64,000 bases of DNA, taken from assembly GCF_009834535.1 (NCBI RefSeq), contig NC_045696.1:23190001-23254000 (forward strand), written 5' to 3'. Positions 25,672 to 38,660 of the stretch are shown one piece after another; positions within the stretch are counted from its first letter, which is position 1; each line of letters starts with the position of its first letter. Origin of the DNA: Camelus ferus. Its lineage: Eukaryota. The translations under genes and the position numbers were made by a program. Below the pieces are notes generated by a model. The model did not search any database, was not told where the DNA came from, and saw nothing but the letters and a program-made list of their open reading frames with translations.

Positions 25672-25880
25672 TATAGTGTGATGAGGAAGAGCATGGCTTT
25701 TAGAGAAATGAGCTTTAGCTACCTACTTGTTCTTTGCCCTTATGTGTCACTTGACCCATTCAAGCCTCAGTTTTCTGAGCTGCAAAATAGGAGTAACACC
25801 ATTGACTTCAAAAGGTTGTAACCTGTAGGTGCTGCCAGTAACATGGCACAAGTCCTCATCATGATTATGGTCATCATCAC
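25672..25880 (+). mobile_element. MIR SINE
   Basis: aagcctcagttttctgagctgcaaaataggagtaac core. Confidence 0.6.
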
Positions 25881-25958
25881 CATCATAACAACTTTCTAGG
25901 CTGCCTAAATTTCTCTCAGTTCAATGAAGGTACCAGAAGTCTATATTTGGATTCACAT

Positions 25959-26762
25959 TTTTTAAACTTTAGCTTTAGTTGAGTATAATTGACATACAAA
26001 ACAGTAAGATATTTAAAGTATATATTGTGATAATTTGCCATACATATAATTTTGAAAGGATTCCCCCAAATAGTTAATTAACAAACCCATCATGTCTCAT
26101 ATTTTTCTCTTTTTCTCTGTTTCCTTCTTTCCCTCTTTCTTCCTTCCTTTCATGAGAATGTTTAAGCTCTACTCTCTTAGCAAATTTCAATTATATAATA
26201 CAGTGTTATCTACCATAGTCACCATGTTTTACATTAGATCCTCAACCTCATTCATATTAGAGCTGAAAGTGTGTACCCTTTTTACCAACTTCTTTTTATT
26301 TCCCCAGCCCTACAGCCCCTGGCAACCACTTTTCTACTTTCTGTTTCTATGAGTCTGGCTTTTTTTTAGATTCCATAAAAAAAGTGATATTACACAGCAT
26401 TTGTCTTTTCTCTGTCTTGTTTATCTCACTTAGCATAATGCCCTCCAGGTTCATCCATGTTGTCTCAAATGGCAGGATTGCTTTTCTTCTCATGGCTGAA
26501 TAATATTCCTTTGTATGTATATGCCATATCTTCTTTATCTATTCATATGCAGATGGATACAGGTTCTTTCCATATTTTGGCTACTGTGAATAATGATGCA
26601 ATAAATATAGGAGGGCAGACATCTCTTTGATATTCTATCTTCATTTTCTTTGGATGTATACCCAGAAGTGGGATTGCTGGATCATATGGTAGTTCTAGTT
26701 TTAACTTTTTGAGGAAACTCCACTTTGTTTTCCATAGTGGCTACACCAAATTACATTCCCTA
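25959..26762 (-). mobile_element. L1 (L1MA9/10-like) 3' end, about 0.8 kb, with 10-bp TSD
   Basis: L1 3' UTR and ORF2-end antisense text (tctactctcttagcaaatttcaa, cccagaagtgggattgctggatcatatggtagttcta); ggattcacat duplicated at 25949-25958 and 26763-26772. Confidence 0.9.
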
Positions 26763-27149
26763 GGATTCACATAATCCTAATGCCTTCCTAGAATCACCTT
26801 AACAGAATGATTTTTTAATAAATGCATGAAAATTTCTTCAAAGTTCAGTATAAGAAAGAGCAATATCTCATCCTGATGCTAAGATGTTTCTGAGGACTCT
26901 GTCCATAACACGGTCTTTTAAGAATGACAGGTGTCACATCACGAGAGGTGTATGTATTACTACACATTGTTTTTATGCTGGCTTCAGGCCGTTTATACTA
27001 AATTACTAGATGACTTTTGAAACTGCCACACTCTCTTTTATTACTTTCATTCAGTCTCCCCCCCCCCCCCCAATTCTCTCTGTACTACTCTTTCAAGAAG
27101 GTTCAGATTTTGGTTGAGACTCACATATTCAGGAAAATGGATCTAGAAA

Positions 27150-27385
27150 GTCACGGGCAGTTAAAATCCTGGGGCTCTGGGACCAGACTATGGGGTTCAC
27201 AGAAGGCATGACGACTTATTAGCTGTGTGACCTTGGGCAAACTGCTAATCCTTCTTGATTTCTTCATCTATAAATAGGTGTAATCTCAAAGGATTAGGGG
27301 GAGAATTAAATAATTTACTACACATTTGCCAGAAGAGTGTTTGAAAAATGTTAGCTATTCAATATATGTTAGCTGTTAATATTGT
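27150..27385 (+). mobile_element. MIR SINE
   Basis: acttattagctgtgtgaccttgggcaa core and aatgttagctatt tail. Confidence 0.8.
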
Positions 27386-28800
27386 GTATAGAGACTGTAC
27401 ATATGAAAAAGTCTAATTAAACAAAACAGGAAAATTTTGATTGATCATAATAGATATAATAAAATACAAGAATATGAGGTTTGTCCTGAAATGTATTAAA
27501 ATTTAATTGGTGAAATAAATTCACTTATTAAAGAACTGTTTAAAGAAGAATAAAGACTTCTGACAAATTAAGATGTGATTAATTTATCAATGAAATAAAC
27601 AGACAATAGAATGATGCTTAAGGATTTTCAGAGGCAGATCGCTCAGACAGAAGACTATGCTAATAAGTTATCTCTGATGCTCTGATGATGTACATGGTAG
27701 TTCAAAATAATATGCTTCTCTTTGCTTAAACACGGAAGATTAAGGAAAGTTAAAGATGTTTTTAAAAATTTGAAAAATTATTATTTGAGTCATATTTGTG
27801 AAAACACACCATGTCTTCAGGTTCTATGTGGAATATTTTGAAGCCATTTAAGCACTCCATGAAGCCATACAACAGAGGATATTCTACTTTTAGCCTTATT
27901 TCTGTCTTTTCTATTACTATACATTGCTCTAAAGGTCACAGTGAAGATTTTACAAGTGTAGTGGACCCTTGCTATTAATTTAAATATAGCCCTCTATTCT
28001 CATTTAAGTAAGAAAATATGTTACATGTGAAATACATGTATAATGTCAAACAAAACATAAAATTTTATCCTATTTTATATTCATGCTTCTATAGTATATA
28101 ACATTGAAGTGAGTTATTTCAAATGAAATTCTAGGAGCTGATTTGATTATAAGATGATATAAATATTATAAGAAAAAATGAAGTATGATTCTTCTAAATT
28201 GAAGCTGCTAAAGATGGACCATCCAACTATGCCTACTCAGTATAAGCACACTTCAAAATTGTTTAGCATTCCATAGCACACATCCTTGTCATAGTTCTAC
28301 AAGGAAGTATTATCTGAATTATAACACTGATGTTGCTAAGGTGATTTTATTCAAGAATCGATCACTTTTCGGAACTGTGTCTACCGACAGATTTAAATTA
28401 TTAGCTTAGCTATAAGTAACATCAAAAATTACGTGCTGGACAAAACCCAATAAACAACAGGTAAGACATATTTAAAACACAAAGGTTTCCCCAAAACTTC
28501 AAAACTAGTTTTCACAAGGATATTTTTCTTGGTTTAAAAAAAATACTCTCAAATTATTTTAGAAATATTTTTAATATGGGAGTTCCCAATACATATTTGC
28601 CAAGGATGCTGCTCCTTTATTTTTGAATTTGTGAACAATTGAAGATTTCAACCACATGCATGTTGCTTATTCAGCTTAATTTAACTCTGGAGAGGCTTGC
28701 TCCCCGAGAAGTCCCAAGGCCTTTGGACCTTGTGCACTGTATCAAGAATAAATGAGAATCAGGTCACAAGAGGCTCAAATGCAGAGTCCAGGCAGCTCTA

Positions 28801-29273
28801 GAGGCATGCCTCAGAGACAGAACCAGTTCAGACCACTACAATAAAGCCAATACTGCAATAAAGCCAGTAAGAAATTTTTTTGCTTTCCTGGTGCATATAA
28901 AAGTTATGTTTATCCTATACTGTAGTCTCTTAAGTGTGCAATAGCATTATATCTAAAAAACAATGAACATACCTTAATTTAAAAATACTTCACTGCTAAA
29001 AAATGCTCAGCACCCTCTGAGCCTTCAGCAAGTCATAATCTTTTTTGCAACGGTAAGATCAAAATTCACTGATCACAGATCACCAAACCAAATAAAATAA
29101 TAAAAATTTTGGAATATTGCAAGAATTATCAAAATGGGAGATGGAGACATGAAGTGAGAAAATGCTGTTGCAAAAACAGTGCCGATAGAACTTCTCTATG
29201 CAGGGTTGCCAAAAACTTTCAATTTGTAAAAAATGCAGTTATCTTTGAAGCACAATAAAATGAGGCATGCCTG
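28801..29273 (-). mobile_element. Non-autonomous Tigger1 deletion derivative (Tigger1a_Art-like), 473 bp
   Basis: TIRs gaggcatgcctca and tgaggcatgcctg, flanked by TA on both sides (28799-28800, 29274-29275); internal Tigger1 end sequences are joined with no transposase. Confidence 0.9.
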
Positions 29274-29869
29274 TATTTGATATTACGTTTAGCAAAAAAT
29301 ACTGTCCTACACTTAATTCTCACAACTACAATTAAAAAGTAAGCTCTAAATATAGAGGATTCTAAAAAATTTATTTAGCCAAAATTAAGGTAAAATCTTT
29401 AGATCATGGGAGGGAAAATGCATGACTTATAGATGGCAAAGACAAAGTTCCATCATCTTTGCAAAAATGTGAAATTTGCTAAAATGTGGGTAGCATATGT
29501 ATTGTGTATAACAGTTTATGGTTTAATGAAATAGCATATATGAAATACAACAATATAAATATAAGATAATCAGTTGAAATTGAATTTAAGGAAGAAAAGA
29601 ACACATCCATTTCACAGAAACAGTAGTATAAATGATGCCAAACCTATTAAGAATAATTTAGCAAGTGGAAACATAAATATCATTACCAAAATAATCCCAT
29701 CTAATATTGAGCATCTATGCTATTCTGGGATCTATCGGTTGTGTGATACATAGTATTTATCAGTTTTTAACTGTTGTTTCTTACATGCATATTGTGTGCT
29801 TGGTAAATTATTTACCTCCAGGAAAACAGATATAAGACATGATAAGACTTTTGCCTCAGATCACGAGAG

Positions 29870-30012
29870 AGCTGTAATTTTTTTCCATATTTGGAAGCTG
29901 TGAAAAGTGAGGACTATAGTGGTTAAATGTGTTGTCAGACATCACACTGTAAGTAAGAGGTAGAGATGGGATATTCATCCGTTGTTCCTAACCTCAAAGC
30001 CCATCTTTTCAT
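29870..30012 (-). mobile_element. MIR SINE fragment
   Basis: gtggttaaatgtgttgtcagacatcacactgtaagtaagaggtagagatgggat ... ctcaaagcccatcttt. Confidence 0.55.
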
Positions 30013-31756
30013 AAACCTAATGGAGCAGAAAAATGAGCATTATCAATTCAAACTCCTTGCTTTCCTGTATCAAGATCCTGGTTATTCAGTCATTTTCTTT
30101 TGGTTTCTCCCCACTTTCTGCTTTTGTGTGCAAGTTTTTGTTATGTGTCTGTATGTGCTGGTGGTGGTGGTAGTGATGGTAATGATGATAATTTCTCTGT
30201 ATTTTCTTTGACATAAAGTTTGGGAATCTGATAAGGATGGAAAATTACTTTAAAGAAAAATTATTTCACTCTATTTAAAGCATAATGACTTCTACACCTA
30301 CTTTTACAGGTTTCTTTCACATGATTTCTTAAGACCATGAGTCTTAAGAAATAGTGGGATTTTTATAAAATGAAGGGCAAAGACTCTTTAACAAGAAGGA
30401 AGTGACAAGCCAAAATCTTTTTTTTCTCTCTCAGCATATGATATTTTTGTTCAAGGAAATCTTTCATTTTGATTACAATACTTTCAGCCAATCTGACCAA
30501 GAACTTTTCCAAAATGCCTTTTAATATGAAGCATTTATTCGTGTTATAGAACACAACCCAATATTACCTTGTGCTTAAGGATAGGGCCACTGGTAGTGGT
30601 GATACATCTTCATAGCAGAGAATAGTACAGAAAACATCACAGTGCAGGTGTGGGCTTCTTACAGATCTGAAAAGCCTACAAGTTCTTTGGAGTTAGAATT
30701 GGTGTTTTTCCTAAAACATTTAAATATAAAAATTTTACTACCATAATCTGCAACTGAAACACAATTGAGGTATTGCTCCAATGTGAGATTCAAGCTCAGT
30801 GTTGTACATGTGGCAATGTGGTTTCTAGGAGGTTTGTAGACTAGCATCTGGGAAGGTCACCCTTTGGAAACATAAGATAAAGATCCATACACACAAGATG
30901 AGCTGAGAGCCACATGATTCAGCAAATACAGTCTTCATTGGGATAGCCAATGATCTATCAGTTTGATTAGCACTCATTCCTTTTTTTTTTTTTCCCTACT
31001 GATATTCCTTATTTACTAATATTTGGAGAAATGTTGCATTTAAATGTAGTATTTTATCCTGTGCTTTCTAACAGCTGTTTGTAAAATATTTGTTGATCTA
31101 CGTGTACTGTGGCAGAGGTACATTCTAATTTACTTGATTCTGTTGTTTATGTAATTTTTACTGAACTCTTGTGTTATCATGTTTACTCAATGGAGGTCCA
31201 TTCATACACATTATATATTTCTACCGACTTTTCTGTAACCATTAATAATGGCACATAATATTGGTGTTTGTCTTTATAGCTATATTTATCAATTATTTAG
31301 TATGTTTTGTTACTGGCTTTATAGCAATATTTACTGATTCCAGCATTTTTTAAAGCTGTGGTATGTTATACATTATTTCAAGGTAGGTAGAATATTACAT
31401 CTCCAGAATTTATAAATTTCTAATGGATTAAATTATACAATTTACTATATTCTACAAACTGTCATTTCACCACTACCAATAAACCATTAAATCACTAGAA
31501 AATCACATTCAATACATGATCTTAAGAAAACAAAAATCCTGTGTAACACTGATATAGATCAAATATACTAGCATTTCTTATTCTAAGACATTTAAAATAA
31601 TTTTTAAATACGCCTCCTCAGTAGACTTTCTCTACTGTTAATCTGACCCTCAGCACTGAGTTCTCACAAACCATCAAAAATCAACTGGAATATTTCTCTT
31701 TGCCACCTTATTTTAGACTTATATGTATCAAAGGTCACTTATTGCTATAAACTTAA

Positions 31757-31812
31757 GTGTCCAATATAGTAGCCACTAGCCACATATAGCTAGTGAACAT
31801 GTAAAATATTAA
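31757..31812. mobile_element. MER3/MER33-like hAT fragment
   Basis: tgtccaatatagtagccactagccacatatagctagtgaacatgtaaaat. Confidence 0.6.
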
Positions 31813-32654
31813 TTCTACGTATATATTGCTCTTCATAAAAATTAATTTAGGGGTCTAAAAAATAAATCTCTGTTCCCTTTTGCTTTGCATCTGTTAGTAG
31901 CAGCGGTTCTAAAAAAACTGGGATTGTAGAGTCTTTGAGAAAAAAGAAAGTGTTTGTGAATAGGCACAGAGTATTATAAATAATGTTTAGATTCCAGAGA
32001 CCTTTTGCAGCCAAACAGTGGATCAAGTTAAGAACCTCCATGATAAAAGTTATTCTGCTATATGATAGAACTTGAGCACACCGTTCTGTATGAAGTCTGG
32101 GCAAACAAAGGCAAGACAGCAGGGCAACAACCAGACTTCAGGTAGAAGTTCCAAGCTGGGTAATTGATAGTTTCATGCAGAGTGTCCGAATGGGATGCCA
32201 TAAGATTGGGTTGATATAAGAGCTACTGAAATCCAAGACATAAGTGTTGGACATTGACAGTGGGAGGTTTTAGCCACAACGAAAAGTCCAGAATTTTGTC
32301 ATGAAGATTCAAGTAATAAGAATTTTTGTAAAAGTTTTCTATTCAGAGATGAGAGATTAAAGGGACTGGTTCTAGCCTCCCCTAGATAGGGGCCACCATG
32401 GCTGTGTTGAGGTTTAGTCTGGGGGAACTCAGGGCGACTGTACTGACACAGCAAAAGTAAGGGGAGAAGCAGCTGAAAATGTATTCCTCAGAAAAACAGT
32501 TGTACTTGGAGTTCAGAATCTGTCATACTTTCCAAAACAACTAAACCTGGGGATTGCAGTGTTTCCAAGAACCCAAGTGGTTATCCCAATTTCACACTCC
32601 TGCTACTTAGACCTTCAGAATATAATTAAAATCTATGAAAATCACAGTTTACTT

Positions 32655-32910
32655 AGTAGCATAGTTATATGTTAAGTGTATATACTATGGAGTCAGCTTG
32701 TGTGGGTTCATATTTCAGTTCAGTAAGCAATTAGCTATTGTGACTCTAGACCTTTCCTTCCAGACTCTATTTGCCAATCTGTAAAATAGTACTAAAAATA
32801 ATACCCAATCCACAGGGAACTAGTAAGGTTAAATGAAGATTATATGTAAAGCATTTAGAGTAGTGCCTGATACATAGTACATGTTCATTTAATCTGCTAT
32901 GTATATTACA
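32655..32910 (+). mobile_element. MIR SINE, near full length
   Basis: atctgtaaaatag ... aaggttaaatgaagattatatgtaaagcatttagagtagtgcctgatacatagta. Confidence 0.8.
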
Positions 32911-34974
32911 TTTTGTTCAGTAGATTAATTTCATTCTAAATCTTTGAAGTGGCTAATTTATGCACAAACTCTCACTGTTCAGATATTTTTACCTGCTAAC
33001 TGATGCACTATTAGACCCTTATGAGTTTTAGAGATCTGAATGCTGAGGCACATAATTCTCAGATGACAGAGGAGCAGAGACCACTAAATTATCATCCCAC
33101 ACTGATGACAAGTCAAACGTTCTGTGTTATTGGGGTGATTCTTCGTCAAGAACAAACAATTTATTCTGTAAAGCTTAAAAAATTTTAAACGTGTTTGAAT
33201 GGAAAACACGTAAGAACGTGAGAATACGCAGGTAGTCTCATTATCCTAGACCCACAGCTCATACTTGGCAACAGTTAAACAGCAGCCTCTCTTACACAGT
33301 GCACATTTTCACAAGAAATTTCTTAAAATTTTGTAATGAGAACACAGGCTTCACCATAAGAAAAAAAAAAGAGCTTTCTGAGGTGATCCTCAAGACCATC
33401 AATGTGCAACAAACTATAAAAATTATTCTTTTCCAAGGAACCACAAATACAATGAGCTCTAAAGTGAAGAAAGTCTAGTTTTTGGGTAATGCTATGCTCT
33501 GCCATCATTATATTTTCCCTAACCCCACTTCCCGGCATGTGCATTATGAAGCATAAGAAGACTAGACAATTGAGGACCCAGCTATAATGCATTCTATGTT
33601 GGGCTCATTATCAATAAGCACTAATTATATCTCATCAAATAATCATAATTCCAATTAGAATAATGATAAAACACATTCTGAAGAAAAAAATATCTGTTAT
33701 CTTCCTGTCTCCCAAGAGGGCTATTACCTCAGGTGAGATCAATGAATAGATTTAAACTAGTCACATCAGCAATATTTTAAATCACAAACATTATAGTATT
33801 TTGTGGAAAAATTAAAGAACAAACTTGTCTTTTTTTTCAATTCTTTTTAAAGGGAATTTTAAATACAAATTGAAATCTTGCTTTTCTATTTCCTTTTGTG
33901 CTTATGGTCTGGCCTGAAAAAGCTAATATTTCTATATTGCCCAGTTTTTAAAGTTCTATTTATTATGTTCTTTAGCAATGTTCTCTGTAGAGAGGTTACC
34001 CATTTGCAACATCAGTTATTAAGTTTCTTATTCTCTCTTTAAATGTTCATGTTGGTTTGTTTTATATGTATGATTTCTTTGCCAACTAAATTATCATATC
34101 CTAACTGGAAAAAATGACTTGTTAATATAATTTTGAGCCACAACATCTATAAAGACACAAGATACATTATAATGGTTTGATTAAATATTTCTGGCAAGAT
34201 TGTTATAAATATATGAAATGCTTTGATTGTCTTGTAGTAAAAATAACACTAAACACTAAAATGTTTTCTACATTAGCCCTACATTACTGTTGGCTGAGTT
34301 ATTTCACTTGTCACATGAGTTATACTTATTTAAGAAGCTGGTGTTTGCAAAGAAAATACAAAATTTTCACCATTTTTTAAAATGGAAAGAAAAACTGTCA
34401 TATAAATCTTATAAAAGGGCTGTAGCTCTTGGAAATTCACCAAAATTTCGAGTAAAACTAAGACATGTGATAAAATAATACTACAATACACTATATACTT
34501 ACTATACAAAGGATTTTACAGTTTGAAAATTTCACAGTATAAGAAAAATAAAACAATAATATAATCATGTTAACCAACTGAATAATAACACTGAAATTTC
34601 AAAAAGCCTAATCCACAGGCACAATTCTGCCCTTGCACATTTGGGTTTCTATAGCGTTGTTCATCTGAACATACTTGTGTTCTGCTGTTGCGTGTGTGCC
34701 TCCTCAGGGACTGGTGGGCGGCAGGAGGAAGAATATAAGTAAAACCTCTTCTTACCAGAAGGTTGATGTTTTGGGGCCTAAAGCAAATGGGCCATGTGTT
34801 TTTTCTATGAGAATACACATTTCTTAGATCCATTACAGACCTACTCTTTTATAAATACATTTAATTTGCGGTTGAGAAATATTAAGAAAAAACCACATGA
34901 TCCCTTTTGACTTGTTGCTTTAGGTCTTCAACTCACCTGTAGTGCATAATCCAAAAGATCCCCCATGAGCCATT

Positions 34975-35075
34975 CAGTCAATAAAGGCAAAAATCATACC
35001 TGTTTTGCTCACAATTATATCCCCAGCATGTAGCAGGGTTCTCAAGTGGCATTTAATAAATATTTTATTGTTATA
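34975..35075 (+). mobile_element. L2 3' terminus
   Basis: ctgttttgctcacaattatatccccagcatgtagca ... tttaataaatattt. Confidence 0.6.
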
Positions 35076-36516
35076 GTCAAAAGCAAAGCATTGAATGAAT
35101 GGAAGGCGTTATGTTCAATTATTTTATAACAACTCTTCATATATGATAAAATAAAAATATGGAAATGTGCACAAAACATCATTTAAAAGAAATATTCCTC
35201 ACATCACTCAGATTTCTGCAAATTTATAGCACATTGGAAAGTGGGAGCTTTGGGACTTAGGTGCCTTATAGATATGCATTCAAATTTCTGCACTGGAATT
35301 GAAAAAGCATCAGTTCTTTAAAACTGTCTGGTTTTAAAAATCCTCATGTGCATAAAGGAGACTCAACTAATTCCCCACAGAATGCTGCTAACAGGATTAA
35401 AGTATATAATAAAAGGGTTTATAAAAGCCATGCAACTAGTAGATACCTTTCTCCCCATCTCACACATCCACATTAATATTTTAAAGAAGTGTCTGGAATT
35501 TAAAATAGTCAACAAAAATAACTGGCAAAATTTATTTTCAAGTACAATAAAAAAAATCTGTGATAGATTTTAGAACATTATTTCGTCCATCCTCATATAT
35601 GTAAATAGGCAGTGGTACTAGCTATAAAAATATATCCCTTTCTATCTGAGGATATGCAAATAGACACATTCTGCCTTTTTCTTGTTTAAAAATGACTTCC
35701 TGTGTAACTGGTTATTTATTACATAGAGCACAAGTAAGCAGTTACCTTACTCAAAATAACAACATCAATAATAGTAATAATTTGAAGACAAAAAATATGT
35801 TTATCATTTTTTCCTGCTGTTGGAAAAGTCCAAATTAAAAAAAAAAAAAGACCCTTTCCTCAGTGGAAATGTTTATGCTTTCCCTTCATATCGTGAATCT
35901 GATGATTGAAATAGTTCAATCTTTCCTTAAATTTTTAATTTTAATCACTTGTTTGCCCTTAGCAAAAATCAAATTAGTAAGAGCCCTGACTTTTTCTAAT
36001 TTGTTTTTCTTGGCACTTTGACATTATCTTTGTTACAGTCCAAAAACTCAACTGGGGTCCTATGAGTTGCTTTTCCCAAGAGAACTTCGTACATAATGCC
36101 CAGATCCACCACAATATTAATTCATATCTGATTTACAAATGGATAAACTGCCTTCCTGTTTTGGAAGTTTTTGAAAAATAACTAACACAACCCTAACATT
36201 TAGTTCTTTTTATTTTAGTCCAGATAGTCACTATTACCTAACAGCCACATTCTTGACATACTTCTTTTTGAATTATAATTGTCACCATAAGACTATCTAA
36301 GTCCTTAAACTCTTGTAGGCCAATGAAATTATAACTCTGAATCTGCGTAGAAGTCTTCAATGTCTCTGACTTCCCTTATTTTTTTTTTTCCTTAGACAGT
36401 ATATCTTTTTTGAGGACCTACTTTACAGAAGAAGTTCTGTGATAAACTTAAGTCATTCTCCTGACACCAAAGGGTTGGAAATTAATGGATTAATCATAAT
36501 TGAGGGCAGCATTTCT

Positions 36517-36701
36517 TTTTTAAACATTTTTTATTGATTTATAATCATTTTACAATGTTGTGTCAAATTCCAGTGTAGAGCACAATTTTTCAGTTATACA
36601 TGAACATATATATATATTCATTGTCACATTTTTTTCTCTGTGAGCTACCATAAGATCTTGTATATATTTCCCTGTGCTATACAGTATAATCTTGTTTATC
36701 T
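36517..36701 (-). mobile_element. Young 5'-truncated camelid-type L1 with perfect 14-bp TSD
   Basis: aacattttttattgatttataatcattttacaatgttgtgtcaaattccagtgtagagcac...; agggcagcatttct at 36503-36516 and 36702-36715. Confidence 0.9.
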
Positions 36702-36869
36702 AGGGCAGCATTTCTCAGTGTTTTGTAGAAGCATAAGTTCTCTAGGAAACATTAAAAGTGTCTCCAAAATTGGATTTGTGCAAAAAAAAAAAAAAAAAAA
36801 ACCAACAGTTATTGCCTGCTTGTATTCTGTTAACTCCATAACACACAGTTCAAGAAGCTATGTACAGTC

Positions 36870-37050
36870 TGGCAAAATGGTGGGCAGTAAGATAAACGGA
36901 ATCTGAGACCTTGGGTGTCTTCATGGAGCAGAGCAACCTACCTGTTCTGGACAACCTACTCTCCTAAAGACATTTATGTGAAATAGAATTAAATGTCTAC
37001 TTTGTTTGGTCCACTATATGTGGGTATCTTTATTACTGTCGCTAAAGGCT
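36870..37050 (+). mobile_element. Old ERVL/MaLR LTR 3' part (MLT1J/LTR16-like)
   Basis: catggagcagagcaacctacc ... tatgtgaaatagaattaaatgtctactttgtttggtccactatatgtgggtatctttattac. Confidence 0.6.
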
Positions 37051-38145
37051 TTACGAAGAATGCTTTCTAATCCTGGAAGCTGAAAACATTCCAGCTGATA
37101 GAATTTTCATCTCTAGCTCCAGTGCCCAGCTCCTGCATTACAGTCTTTTTGCTCTGATGCCATTTCCTCTTTCTTCACCTGGAAAATTCCTTCTCCAAGC
37201 TCAGCTATTACATCCTGTGAGAAACCTTCTCCAACTCATTCAAACAGCTTTACACAATCCGCTCAGCTCCCTATGGAATACTTAGAAATCCACAGGAAAG
37301 CTTGAGAAGAGTGACTTTTGTTTAACTCTTTACCTTTGTTATTATGACACATAATATAAACTCCAGTATTCTGTGTAAATTAAGTACAACCCAAATAACC
37401 TGAAGAAAAATAAAACCAAACAAAATGAAAAACATATTTATGTCTGTTCTCTCAGTGTTTAGGCTCATAAGGCTATCTCATAAAGAAAGAATTGGAATGA
37501 AAAGACATAAATAATAGTTCTAAGTTAAGATGGAATGCTATCTGTGCCCAGAGTGCAGGTATTCTGTTTTCAAGCCAAGTGCTCATATCTCCTCTACATC
37601 ATTCAGCATCTCTACTTAAAAATGTGTAAATTGAGCCCAACACTGAGAGTTTTAAGAATGACTTATGCTGAAAAAATCAGTTCTTAAGAAAATTACTTCT
37701 TAAATTCAGTTCTTGTTTAAAAGCAACAATTGTCTACCATATATACACACACACATATATGCCATGTTACATAATCAGTGGTAGACACCTATTGATTTTA
37801 AATATATATGTATACACACATCATATGTACATACATGGTATTTCAAAGGAGTGTGAAAAAAACACTTAAAGGTATCAATCCTATTTCACCTTTAATTGGT
37901 AATTTTAACTCAACATACTTTCCAGTTACATTATAAAAAGAAAAAAGAATAACTATTTCAACCAACCCTGAACAAAGGCAGACCTGTGTCAATCTAAAAG
38001 TCTAGCACATCACAAAACAACCTCAACTGGAAAAGTGAAAGAACATTATAGAGGAAAAAAAATAGCTTACAGCAGAACAAAAAGAAAATGTAAGGAATTT
38101 CTTGAACCAACTTGAGATATGGGCAGACCTGGCATAGAAACTTAC

Positions 38146-38221
38146 CCAGTTCAAAGCACTGTCAAAGAGTCCTTCTTTAGCGTTAAGACCGTAAGCAAAA
38201 TTTGGGTTAGTATACTGTGCT
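38146..38221 (-). other. Candidate 76-nt internal exon of an unidentified minus-strand transcript
   Basis: Acceptor aattttcctcccttttgtatag| and donor TGG|gtaagt; only one frame is open throughout (xAQYTNPNFAYGLNAKEGLFDSALNW); two CpGs retained. Confidence 0.55.
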
Positions 38222-38409
38222 CTATACAAAAGGGAGGAAAATTGGTTTTGGGAAATTAAAAATTAATCAACTTTTTTTAACTTTACACTGTGTAATAAAA
38301 AACACTTAGTTTCAAGTAACCTATGGAGGGTTCCGAGAGACTACCAAATTTATAGAGCTCCTATTTTAGGCTTGCTCAGAAGGGAAGGTCTTTAGTAATT
38401 TGAAGTATG

Positions 38410-38660
38410 AATAAATAATGAAAAATAGTTAACATTAAAAAAAAATTTTAGAGTGCTCCCTTTGTGACAGGCATTTCATTAATTGCACTATCTCTAATTT
38501 CTCAAACCTAAACAGTAATAAAATAATTATTCTCAGTTTTACAGATAAATCAACTGTCTTAGAAAGATTAATTACCTTGTTCAAGGTCATAATGGCAGTA
38601 AATGTTGGAGGTTGGTCTACTCCCAAACATCACACTCTTAAGCCCTATCCTATATTACCA
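38410..38660 (-). mobile_element. MIR SINE
   Basis: ttattctcagttttacagataaatcaactg ... taattaccttgttcaaggtcataatggcagtaaatg. Confidence 0.75.

Noticed and set aside
34756..34830. Minus-strand donor CTG|gtaaga with possible short exons
   Set aside because: Several weak alternative acceptors, none convincing.
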